A stretch of 64,000 bases of DNA from the human T2T-CHM13v2.0 reference genome, Homo sapiens, in assembly GCF_009914755.1 (NCBI RefSeq), contig NC_060929.1, one strand, 5' to 3'. Made by a program: the position numbers and the translations under genes. The notes under the pieces are model-generated. The model saw only the letters and a program-made list of their open reading frames with translations, did no database searches and had not been told where the DNA came from. This document shows positions 1 to 13,075 of this stretch, one piece after another; the first letter of the stretch is position 1; the number at the start of each line of letters is the position of its first letter.

Positions 1-233
1 TCTCCACTCACTGCAAGCTCCGCCTCCCAGGTTCACACCATTCTCCTGCCTCAGCCTCCCTACTAGCTGGGACTACAGGCGCCCACCACCACGCCCGGCT
101 AATTTTTTGTATTTTAGTAGAGACGGGGTTTCACCATGTTAGCCAGGATGGTCTCTATCTCCTGACCTTGTGATCCACCTGCTTTGGCCTCCCAGAGTGC
201 TGGGATTACAGGCGTGAGCCACCGCACCTGGCC
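1..233 (-). mobile_element. Alu (AluY/Sc-like), truncated by the window edge
   Basis: Reverse-complement Alu sequence (CTCCTGCCTCAGCCTCCC...GCTGGGATTACAGGCGTGAGCCACCGCACCTGGCC). Confidence 0.95.
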
Positions 234-1009
234 TTTGTTGATACTTTTTAAGGCTAAATAATATTCCACTACATGTACTATCAAAATGTTATACAAAATT
301 ATAACAAATTTAGCTGTAGATTGAATTGGCCTTTATTCTCGATTCACGAATGGGGCAGCCTCAGTCGAGGAATGAGAGCTCCCCCTGGGCAATGGCCAAC
401 AGTGGGTTTTGTAAAGTGGGTACAGGGACACGGAACAGAAGAAAGGCTGACGGTTGACATCGGGTTCCCTCAGGTTCCTTGTTGTAAGGGTTAAAGCAGA
501 GGGACTTCCTTTGTACACTGACCAGGTAGACTGCAGTCTCCTGTTTTCAGGAAAAACTGGTCAGCTTTGGGATCTATCTGCTTCCTTAAAGTTTCAGTTT
601 GATGATGCCATTTAGCCTTCAGGCCAAACCAAAATGGAGTGATGTATTGGGGCCTGGTGTAGGAGCTCCATTCAAAACAACAGCTGCCCATAATTTTTGT
701 TTAAAAGTACATGTCACATTTTATGAATCCGTTCATCCACCCACGGACAACTGGGTTGCTTCCACCTGTGTCTACCGTGAATGATGCTCCCAGGAACATG
801 GATGTGCAAATGTCTCTCTGAGCCCCTACACCCAGAAGGGGGACTGTGGATCCTACGATGCCGCACCCAGAGGGGGACTGTGGATCCTATGATGCTACCG
901 TGTGAGCTTCTGACATCTGTTTTCCAGCCATGCCACTTTACATTCCCACAAGCAGCGCACAAGGGTCCCCACTTGTAACATCCTCACCAACACGGTATTG
1001 TCCATTCTA

Positions 1010-1818
<809 letters not shown>

Positions 1819-4261
1819 TTAAAAGGGTGTATTTGTTTGCTGTTGCTGTTGAGTTGTAGGAGTTCTTGGCATCCTCTGGGTATGAACCCCTCATCAGCTC
1901 TATGATTTGCAAATGCTCTCTCCCATCCCGGGAGCTGTTCTTCTACTCTGTGTGTGTCCTCTGATGTGTGTTTGCATTTTTTTTAGTCTGTGCTTGTAGT
2001 TTCCTCTGCCCCTCCCCCGACCCCGATAGAGCCATGCAGGAGCCGACATCCATGCACACACACCTGCCCCCTAACCCCATCCCTCATTTTCAGGGCACAG
2101 GCCTCGACCAGAGGAACAGAGGAGGCACCTGGGTGGAGCCCTGCACCAAGGCCCAAAGGCCCAGCCCACAGTGAGGACCCCAACTCATGCCACAAGCAGC
2201 TGAGCTGCAGGATCTCTTCTGAATATTCAAGTCTTTATTTAAAGAAAATTCTGGTGTATACATGGAGCTGGTGTCTCAAAACCCAGGTCCCCTCCAGTGG
2301 AAAAAGAAGCCAAATTAAACACTAAATAGCAAAGAACAGAAAGGATGGACATGCGTTCAAGCATTTTCTTTTAAAGCCAAAATTAAAATCACTGAGTCGA
2401 GACTTCTTTAAGAGCAAAGTGACAAAACGCAAGCTTGTCCTGCTCCACAGATAACTAGAGGCAGCTCATGGATGAACACGACGGCCGAGCTCCATGAAAT
2501 ATTTAAGCAAAAAGAAAACAGAGCCTGCCCCGTGGGGCTGGCAGGTTTTCAGACACCAGAACCAGTGGCCTCCGCCTGGGATCTGCACACCACGTTTCTG
2601 AGTGGCCCAGGAGGGCACGCAGAAGCAGCCTGGTGGTCTGATTTTCCCAACAAGGAGAGCATGCAGCCAGCTGAGGACATGGGATTTTCCTGAGGCTTTC
2701 CCCCATCAGAAGGCAAAGGCTGAGGGGGCAGCCCACTCTCCTGTGGTCCACGGATGGGGAGGGCGGCCTTGGGGGCTGGACGGAGATGGCGGGGCCAGAG
2801 CCTCACTGCTGTGCCAGCAGGGTCTGGGCCCATGGGTGGTACCCAAGGATCCTCCTGTTCCAGATCCCCGGGATCCCAGCTCACAAAGCTCAGGCTTGCA
2901 AAGGCGCCTTCTACCATGAGCGTTGCTTCCCAGCCAGAGCAGTTTCCAAGGCTCAGGCAACGAACTCTTCACCTTCTCCTTAAGCGGCAAAAACCCAACA
3001 CGCTCCACAGAGATGCAGACATCCACTCACACACAGAGACACACAAAGAAACCTCAGCCTGGCCTCGGCACACATCTCATTGAAGATGTCAGTGGGCGCC
3101 GTTGCTAAGCTGGCGTCTGCAGGGGCCCGGCCTCTGCCAGCCCCAGCACTAGGGGAGGGTTCCTTTGGCCTCCCAGAGTGTTCTGGGCTGCACACAACCC
3201 TCCAGGTATAATTATGAGCGTCTGTAGGGCTCTGATGGCCCCACCAGCCATAACAACAGCTGCAGGGAACAAAAGGCCCAACCCTCTAATCAGGGACTCA
3301 GAACTGGTCTCTGTCCCAGTGCCAGGGGTGAAAACCACCAGAACCAACCGGTGCCAGAAGGGTCCGACAGGCTGAGGGACCCTGAGTTCCAGCCTGCCCA
3401 TCCTCTAGAGCAGGCTCAGTGCAGCCCGGGAGGCGGGGGGCAGGGGGTGGGTGGTGAGGGGCGCACAGCTTGTGCTCCCCCTCAGCTGTGGCCTTGAGCC
3501 ACTTGGACCTCCCTGAACGTCCTGTCCTCTGGGCAGCCTCCTGCACACGGCTCTCCTTGCAGGCTGGGAACCTACGTTTCCTCATCCCTTCCGGGTCTGG
3601 GGGCACGCCAGGTGACGAATCCTGCCATGTCCTGATAGCTGGATCTGGGACCCCGCTGAAACCGTCCCACAGAGGAAGCTACATGGGGGCTGTCATCGGC
3701 ATCCCTTCACTGGGAAAGAGGGTGCAGTCACATTCACCTTCTGGAGCCTCTGGAACCATCTGTGAAATGGTCCTATCAATGCCGAGCTGGACCTTCCCAC
3801 AGGGCCAGGGGGCTCTGCCATTGCCTGGTGCTCCCTGTCTCCCCTCCCCTCCCCTCTCCTCTGCTTTGTGAAATGGCCAGCCCCATCACCTCCCAGCTGG
3901 ACCCTCCCACAGGACTAGGAGGCTGTGCGATCGTCTGGTGTTCCCCAGCTCATCTCCCCTCTGCCCTGCACACCCGGCCACCCACCCTTGTGCCCACGGA
4001 AGATGCCACAGTGTGCAGGGGGCAGTCATGCCTGCAAGGCTGACTCTGCGGCCGGCCACCAACTGAGTGTAGAAGCCACAGGCTGCTCCCTGCTGAGCAG
4101 GAAGTGGCACCACCCTCCTTGATGCAAAAACATAGCCGGAAAGCCCCTGTCAGACCTGCCTGTGCCCGTGGGCTCACCCAGCAGGACCGAGGGGGATGCT
4201 GGCACAGGGCGAGAGTCCCAATGGCATGTTTACATCCTGTGGCAGAGAGAAGGGACCCATC

Positions 4262-4405
4262 CCCTAGAGAAGGGAGACCTCCCTGGTAAGGGAGATCCCC
4301 CAAGCTAGAGAAGGGAGACCCCCAAGCTAGAGAAGGGAGACCCCCAAGCTAGAGAACGGAGACCCCCAAGCTAGAGAAGGGCGACTCCCTTACAGAACGG
4401 AGACG
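4262..4405. repeat. 22-bp minisatellite (GAGACCCCCAAGCTAGAGAAGG), about 4 clean copies plus degenerate flanks
   Basis: Direct tandem copies visible at 4291-4380. Confidence 0.85.
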
Positions 4406-5739
4406 CCCCCCGGACCATGCACTGCCTCAGCACCGACACACCCCAGCCATTCTCAGCAAAGTCAACTGAGTACAAAGTCGGTGTGGATTCCTGCATTGAA
4501 AACTGAGGGATGACCGACACGGGGGAGGCCTGCGGGGATTACTGACTTATCCCTGGGGCCTGTGAGCAGAGAGGAGCTGTCTCTGGAGGATTAGAAAGTT
4601 CATCTGATCACCAGGCCACACATCTGCAAGGGAAGGTCAGCCCAGGACAAATGGCCCGCCTGGCATGCAATTCCTGTGGCGCCCAACGCATGCCAATAAA
4701 ATGTTTGTTTGCTTTTTAAAACTTGGTTTACATTGTCTTAATGGCACTGTTAAATAATAGGTCTTCTGTTCATATGTAGCGGGCACGACACAAAATCATT
4801 CAGCTGATGGTTGGCTGGAGCCATCCTCCTCCAACCCCCACAGGACTGGAGCCCAGCTGTCCACGGCAGCCAGGCAGCCGCATGGCCGTGGGCACAGGGT
4901 CTCTACCCCCGGGTGCTGACGTGGGAGGAGGGACGGGCTTGCCCAGCCCCTGGGCGGTCCAGCCCAGCCTCCAAGCACCCACCCCAAAGAGGAGATGAGG
5001 TGGGTGGGGGAATGCTAGGCCTGAACGGGGTCTCCCACCTGCTCCATCCAGGATTAAGGCAACACCTCCCTCCATGCCCACATGAATGTGCAAACATTCA
5101 CAGCCTGAAGCAGGAAGGACAGATGAGTTCAGACCTTCACCTGCCCCCACACGCTTTCCTCAGGGGCCTCTGGGGGGGTCCATGGGCCAGTGTGCTGGGC
5201 ACCCGGAGGAGAGGCCAAGGCTCCCTAGAAAGGAGAATGAGGCGTGGAGGAGACCAGTAGGGTCGGCCCGACTCAGGACCCTGTCCATGCCTGGGGTGCT
5301 GGCCCTGGCACTACAGAGCCAAGGAACAGCCCATGGGGAAGCCCCTGTTGCCACAAGCCGTGTTGTCAAACCATTTCCCCCGGAACAAACAAGGCCTGAG
5401 GACGCCCGAGAACCCTGCAGCCCCGACTTGGCGCTCTAGTTCACACTAACCGGCGACCTGCAGAATCACCAGCTCCTTTGTTGGCCTCCACAGAGAAAAT
5501 CAAGAGGAACGTGCACCCTGGTGAGCAGGCTGACTTCAGAACTAGAGAGAAAACTTTGTGTGCATCTGGGGAGTGCCACACAGCAGCTGTTTGAAGACAG
5601 GGTCTTCCTTTAGGGAGGAGACCACAGCATCCTGTATCAGACATTGCAGGGCATGACCCTGGAGTCCAAGAAATGACTCCAGGCTCAGGAGAAGGACAGG
5701 GCTGGACCCGAGAGCCACAGCTGCCACCTAGAAGGGCAG

Positions 5740-5985
5740 GTGTCTCGTCCATCTCATCTCCACACGCATGTGTTCCCAACCCTAACCCTAACCGAGAATA
5801 ACAAGTGTCCCATCCTTTTCATCTCCACACGCATGTGTTCCTGACGCTAACCCTAACCCACAGGAACAAGTGTCCCGTCCACCTCGTCTCCACAGGCTTG
5901 TGTCCCTAACCCTAACCCTAACCCCTAACCCCTAATCCCAACCCTAACCCTAACCTTGTCTCCAAAGCGTGTGTGTCCACAACCT
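5740..5985 (+). repeat. Interstitial telomeric sequence (CCCTAA)n embedded in a 65-bp tandem repeat
   Basis: About 8 CCCTAA/variant hexamers at 5904-5955, plus short blocks at 5775-5793 and 5840-5859. The (A/G)TCTCCACA-type spacer recurs at 5756, 5821, 5886 and 5958. Confidence 0.9.
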
Positions 5986-6081
5986 ATCTAGGGCACTGAG
6001 CCGAATCCAACTGAGACACAGACCACAGCTCCCACCACACCCCTGTACCAATCCATGCAGTCCTGGACAACTGGTGTCCGC

Positions 6082-6082
<1 letters not shown>

Positions 6083-6122
<40 letters not shown>

Positions 6123-6290
6123 AGACACATACAATGCACCACACACATCTAGACACAGACACACACTACACATAATATAGACACACACACCTCATATGCC
6201 ATACACACACATATACACACATCACACTATAGACATATACACATACCACACAGCACACACATAGACACACACACGGACACACACAGGCGT
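6083..6290. repeat. (CA)n microsatellite with degenerate CA/TA-rich tail
   Basis: Pure CA run at 6083-6119 followed by CA-rich sequence. Confidence 0.95.
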
Positions 6291-6949
6291 GGACACTCAC
6301 ATGGCTCCCGGCAGTGCTGCAGGAGGTCAGCACAGAGACGTGCTGAGGAGCCTGAGATGCTCGCTCCTCTGGGCCATCGCGTGTAAAGGCTGCCCTCGCT
6401 GTGGACTCTCACATGTGTGACATACATGAACAGGCGAAACGGACACGCACGGCCCCCACACACGTGAGCTGGGTCCCCCAGGGCCCGTCGGAGCCCTTCT
6501 GCCTTGGTACCTGCCTCATCCCCGGCCCCTGACAGGGCAAGACATCGCAGTAACCGCAGGTCTTCAGAGCAGCCTACCCTGGCCATGCCAGGCGGGAACA
6601 GCAGATGGACCCTCGGGGCACCCAGGTCCCACGAGAGAGTGACAGCTCAGGGACATCTGTCCTCGGGGCCCACGAGCTTTAAGCCCAAGCCAGGGTCCAG
6701 GCCTGGTGGCCTCTGTGTGGCCAAGGCTGGCGGGGGGCACTCCATGGTCCCAGGCAGGGCCCTCCTCAGCCCACTGGAAGCGGGCTTGGCTCTGGGTCCT
6801 CTGCCTCCCCCCGCCCCCGCCCCGCCCTCCCAGGCCCCTCGCCCACCTCAGGCTTCGGGACCCCCGTGTGAGCAGCGAGTGGTCAGGAGGACACGGTTCT
6901 GCTCCCCGCAGGGACGAACCCCCACTGCTTCCCAGATCTGCCGGGCCAG

Positions 6950-8300
6950 ACCCCTGCCACCCTCCCGCGCTATAAATCATCAGATCACAGCCCCGCCCAA
7001 GGCCTCAGGGACCCGCCGTGGTCCCGAGAGAGGCAGCCCTGGACGAGAACAGGGCCCCTTTTCTGCCTGGTCCCCGCCCTCCCCGCGAGGTGACCCCGTC
7101 TGGACTCTGCAGCCGCGGGAACAGCGAGGTCAGAGGGCGCCCCGGGAGCTGTCGGCCCATCCCCGCGGCCCCTGCCCCGGCTCGGTGTCACCTGCAGGCC
7201 CCGGACAGGGCGGGATCCCCGCAGGGAACTGCCCCAGGTCCCCGGAGCGCGCGGCGGGCGGCAGGGGCGGGGCTCCGCTGGGCTGGGGGGACCCCAGGCA
7301 GGGACCGACCCCCGGGCTGACCGGGAGCCCCACCCCCGCCGGCCCGCCAGGCCGCCGCCGCCCACCTGCGCCCTTCGAGGGGACCGGCACCTGCGCGCAC
7401 CTACCGTAGCGGCCGGGCTCGCGGCAGTAGAGCAGAATGGGAAGCGGGTCCTCGTCAGGCGGCTCGGGCGCGGCTGCGGGGTCCAGGCCGGGGTCGGGGG
7501 CCCGGCGGGGGCTCGGGGTGGGGCGCTGGCTGCCGCCTTCCTTGGCCCCGGGCCCCGCACCCCCCGCCGCGGGGGTCACCACGAAGCGCTGGGACATGGT
7601 GTCCGCGACGGCTGCGGGGAGCGGGGACCTGAGCGCGGGGAGGGCGGGGCCGGCGGGGCGGGCGCGGGAGGCCAGGAGGAAGGGAGGGAGGCCGGGGGGA
7701 GAGAGGGACCGAGCGCACCGCCGGGGATGGGGCCGCGCGGCGCGGGGAGGGGCCGGGAGGGCGAGGCGGACTCCGGCTGACACCTCGGCAGCGGTCCCTG
7801 CCCGCGGGGGGACCACGGCCTCGGCCCCCGAAGAACGAAGAGCGGCCTCGGCTCTCGCTGCGTGACCTTGGAGACGCCCCAGCCGGGCGACCGGGTCAGC
7901 GCGCGGTGCAGAAGCCTGAGGGGAGGAACAGACCTCGCTCTGCGCCGCCTGGAACCGACGACGACCAACCCTGGCAGCAACGCTGCAGCCCGCGGTCTCT
8001 GGCGACGCCCACCGAGGGCCGGGACCAGGGGGCCGGTGAGGGTGGAGGTCTCGCTGGCCTTTGGGTCCGTGGGGAGGGGCGCCCTGATCTGGGGCCTCCA
8101 CCTCCCCCATCCCCAGACTCCAGCCCTTGGCCAAGCAGGGTTCAGCCGTGCCTGCGTGCGAGGCAGAGGCCTCCTCCTGGGACTTCCACCTGGGGAGAAA
8201 GGCCTCCGGGGCAGCCAGGGTGGAAGGCGGAGGCCAGCCTGGCTGCGGAGGCGCTGGGAGCCGCGGACCCTAGAAGTCTTGGGAGACCCCGCCTGCTCTT
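6950..8300. promoter_or_regulatory. CpG island / GC-box promoter of the minus-strand SLC12A7 distal first exon
   Basis: Very high GC and CpG density with multiple GGGCGG boxes around the exon at 7405-7597. Confidence 0.8.
7405..7597 (-). CDS. SLC12A7: Putative alternative (distal) first coding exon of K-Cl cotransporter KCC4, 64 aa + 1 nt: MSQRFVVTPAAGGAGPGAKEGGSQRPTPSPRRAPDPGLDPAAAPEPPDEDPLPILLYCREPGRY
   Basis: Kozak GACACCATG at 7597 inside a CpG island, and a phase-1 donor TACG|GTAGGT at 7405/7404. The N-terminus resembles KCC2a (MSRRFTVT) and KCC3a (SVRFMVTP). SLC12A7 is the known minus-strand neighbour of SLC6A19. Downstream exons lie outside the window, so the join is inferred. Confidence 0.72.
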
Positions 8301-8419
8301 CAGGGGTTCCTGCAACCACCGCAGCTGCACAAATTCTGCAACTGGCTCTTTCCTCCCCTCTAATGATGCTGTTGCCACCACCTTGCGTGGAAGTATTGAG
8401 CACTTTACAATATGTATTC

Positions 8420-8860
8420 ACAGATTCAATAAATATTTATGAATGCTAACCTGTGCCGGGCCCTGCAGGTGACAGAAGGGAACCCCTGCCTCCGTGAAGT
8501 GTAGGTTCTAGAGGGAGGCAAGGGTAAGAGCTCTGAGGTGTGGGGAGGGCCTCAGGTGACATCTAGACAGTGACTTACAGGGAGCAAGTGGTCAGCTGTG
8601 CTGCCTCCAGTCATACTCTGCCCTCGTCGTCCACGGTGGCTGCTGCTGGTCCAGCCATCACATCTGAATCCCAGCAGTAGAGTGAGGAAACGGGAAAGGT
8701 AGCTAGCCACTCCTTCGCAGAGCACAGCCTAGGAAGCCTAGGAGTGCACATAGCACCTTCGCTTATCCTGTTAGCCAGAACTTAGTCCTGTGGCCACACC
8801 TTCGTGTGCAGAAGGCTGAGAAACACGCCTCACCCATGTCTGTGGTGCTATGGATAAGAA
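8420..8860. mobile_element. Degenerate L2-like and MLT1-like (MaLR LTR) fragments
   Basis: ATTCAATAAATATTTATGAATGC (L2 end-like); CCAGCCATCACATCTG...GCCAGAACTTAGTCCTGTGGCCACACC (MLT1-like). Confidence 0.45.
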
Positions 8861-8984
8861 ATCACCAGAGGCTGGGTCTCAAGGGCACAGCTAACACCAG
8901 TGGAAAGACCAGGGAGGATGAGAACTCTTTTCTTCAGCACATCCTCTCACCATCGCCCCACCTCCACTCATGTGGCACCGGCAG

Positions 8985-9680
8985 GCATGCCTGCTCACAC
9001 CTGCCCACACTGGCTCACACCTGCTGACATCTGTCCACAGCTGTTCCAGCCCACTCACACCTACTCACCCCTGTGCCACCTGCCCACACCTGTTCCCATC
9101 TGCTCACACCTGCCCACACTGGCTCATACCTGCACACATATGTCCACACCTGTTCCAGCCTGCTCACATCTACTCACACCTGTTCCCACCTGCCCACACT
9201 GGCTCACACCTGCTCACATCTGTCCACACCTGTTCCAGCCTGCTCACACCTACTCACCCCTGTGCCACCTGCCCACGCTGGCTCACACCTGCACACATCT
9301 GTCCACACCTGTTCCAGCCTGCTCACATCTACTCACACCTGTTCCCACCTGCCCACACCTGTTCCCATCTGCTCACACCTGCCCACACTGGCTCACACCT
9401 TCACACATCTGTCCACACCTGTTCCAGCCTGCCCACACCTACTCACTCCTGTGCCACCTGCCCACACCTGCTCACACCTGTTCTCATCTGCTCACACCTG
9501 CCCACACTGGCTCACACCTGCACACATCTGTCCACACCTGTTCCAGCCTGCTCACATCTACTCACACCTGTTCCCACCTGCCCACACCTGCCCACACTGG
9601 CTCACACCTGCTGACATCTGTCCACACCTCTTCCCACCTGCTCAACCTTCTCACACCTGTTCCCACCTCCCCACACCTTT
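8985..9680. repeat. C-rich tandem repeat of ~10-11-bp units (TGCTCACACC / CACACCTG) with higher-order blocks
   Basis: Dozens of CACACCTG/CACATCTG units; source of the spurious HTCPHL-rich ORFs. Confidence 0.9.
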
Positions 9681-9929
9681 TTCCAAGATGAACTTTTGAA
9701 TCATTTTTGGACGTTCCCCCCAAATACATTTCTGATTTGGTTGAAAAGTCACTAAATGTATAAATAAATTTGCTGAGAACTGACATCTTTATGGTGTCAA
9801 ATATTTTCACCCAGGTCCTGCACATTTTTTCCATTAATTTATGTGTGTGTATTCACATTCTTGTCACTACTGGACTGACATGTAAAAACAGGATGAAACA
9901 CCTTTGGCTGTTGTGTGTTTCTTTTGTAA

Positions 9930-10308
<379 letters not shown>

Positions 10309-11832
10309 TGCAAGGAATTTTTTTAACCTGTAAGTAATGATATCGTTGTCCTTTTTTGTCATTTTTACCTCTTCTGTTTTCTTTTCACCCCTTTGTTCTT
10401 GTTTTGGAATTTCCTAGAAATTCCAGGGCGATATCCAGGGCTGTGTTGCTGGTGGAACTGAGTGTGTGGCCTGGACCCAAGTGAGGGTGGTTCTGGTGTC
10501 TCCGGGAAGCACTGTGCCGCCTGGGGAGTTGAAGTGCTGCCTCTTGCTCTACCCCATGAGGCCGACCCTGGACGCCTCCCCTGAGACCCGGAGGCGGCTT
10601 GGGACGGACTTGAGGAGGAAGGAGGTCCCACAACTCAGATCCTCTCACCTCCCGGCCTTCCGCCTCCCCTGTTCAGGCTCCTCAAGTGAGAGCTCCTCCG
10701 GACTCCTGCCCCAAAGGCAGCCTGTCCCCAGCTTTCATTTCCAAATGCCCCAATATCTGCCATTCAGCCACACCCTCTGCCCACCCTGTCCCTGGGTTTG
10801 AGGCTGCCAGAAATTTGGGAGGCCCTGGAGCCCCTTAGAAGCCTCTAGCCATGCTGAGTCAGCCTGAACGATGGGGCTCACTGCGGCCACTGCCCACCTT
10901 GGCCTCCCGTGGACAGTGGCTGCATGTGTCCCGGGAGGACTGTGGTGAATGCCTCCCGAAGACAGGACTGGAGACACAGGAGGCCCAACGGGCTCTGATC
11001 GTCTGACGCCTCCGCAGGAGAGAAAGGTTGTAAGAATCCAGGTTCTTTTATGAAATGCTAAAGACAGAAAAATGCCGCCTGGCTCCCGTAAGTTCTCCAC
11101 GTTGAGCAGTGGATGGGAAGAAGGACAAGGGCTGTGGACGCCGAGTGGCTGAGGACAGGGGAGAGGTGCACCGGCCACGCGCGTCCCTCAGTGGGGAGAT
11201 GGCTGCAGACATCAGGAGGCTGAGCACAGGCTAACCGCTGTTCCTGCTTTATCCTCCTCTCCAGGTCTTAAATTCTGCTTCTATCACTTTCTTGTTTCAA
11301 GACGGTTTTTCCTCCCATCTTGATCTGAGTACTCCTTCATGCTTTTTGTTTATCTTGCTAAATGGAGAAAACAGTGAAGCTTATACAGTTTCCCCTGAAA
11401 ACAGCCTTGGCCTCTTGGTGTCATTGTTTTCCACTGTTTGTAATGACAACTTTAATCTCTTTGACTAACAACCTACTTATAGCCCCTAATTTTTTCAGTT
11501 GTCAGTTTGCAAAATTGAGGTCTGATCTGCAAACAGTAAGACTCGCCACTTTTCCTGCAAGTTCTGTGGGGGACTGACTGCAAGGGCCAGGAGGGTGGTC
11601 TGGCCCCATGCAGGCACCTCCGCCTTCATTCTGCAGCCAGGTCAGAGGGACTCAGGGGTCACCTCCAGGGGTCACCCGCACCTGGGCTCCCATGACTTCA
11701 CTCCCACCTGCTGTCAGATCCCTGGGGTCTCACCACAGACCTGGAGGCCCTCCTGGGGGAGCCTCAACAAGGTAGGTGACCAGGGAACGGGAGAGCCTTT
11801 GGGAGTGAGGAGTGATGGAAGTGCAGTGGGGA

Positions 11833-12075
11833 GCAGAGACAGAGACAGAGAAAGAGAGGGAGAGAGAGACACAGAGAGGGAGGGAGAGAGACAGGGAGAG
11901 TGATAGAGACAGAGAAAGATGGAGACAGAGAGAGGGAGGGACAGAGAGAGGGAGGGAGAAAAACAGACAGAGAGAAGACACAGGATGAGTGATAGAGACA
12001 GAAAGACAGAGACAGAGAGAGGGAGGGAGAGACAGAGAGAGACAGGAAGGGAGAGAGAGAGAGAGAGACAGAGAT
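11833..12075. repeat. GA-rich low-complexity tract (GAGACA/GAGG)
   Basis: Near-pure purine tract. Confidence 0.9.
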
Positions 12076-12470
12076 GGGTGGAGGCAAGGGGCAGGAGAGA
12101 GGATGTTAACCCTTTCTCCCCACCATTTACTGAACTGTACGTTGGACGATGGGACGCCTCCTCCCCCTACCCCGTGACGGGGTCCTGGAGGGGCAGACTT
12201 TGGAGAGGAGCTGCTGAAGGGTGGTGGGAGAGCAGGCAGGGTGCCACCACAGCGCCACAGCGACACTGCTGCTGGGGGCTGGGTTCCATTCCCTCTGCCT
12301 CGAGATCATGGGGGGTACTTGGATTATTGTTCAGCAAACACCTGCTCTCTTCCCCCTCCACCCCTCCGAGGACACAAGCATGCTCTGCTCTGGATCAACA
12401 GTGGATCAATAATGGATTTCAAGCAGGCTGGGCTTGGCCTCTGCTGTCACTGTAAGAAACACACCCCAGG

Positions 12471-13075
<605 letters not shown>

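Noticed and set aside
6971-6977. TATAAAT on the + strand at the edge of the CpG island, and the 301-aa ORF at 6504-7409
   Set aside because: Isolated motif on the opposite strand to the exon; the ORF is Pro/Gly/Arg-rich GC noise.
7598-8134. In-frame upstream extension of the KCC4-like exon (334-aa ORF, upstream ATG near 8110)
   Set aside because: Low-complexity Ala/Pro/Arg sequence typical of a CpG island. The KCC-like motif and good Kozak context begin at the ATG at 7597, and the frame past the donor at 7405 is intronic.
8900-9699. His/Cys-rich ORFs resembling metal-binding or zinc-finger proteins
   Set aside because: Translation of the CACACCTG repeat, open in all three frames; no C2H2 spacing or splice structure.
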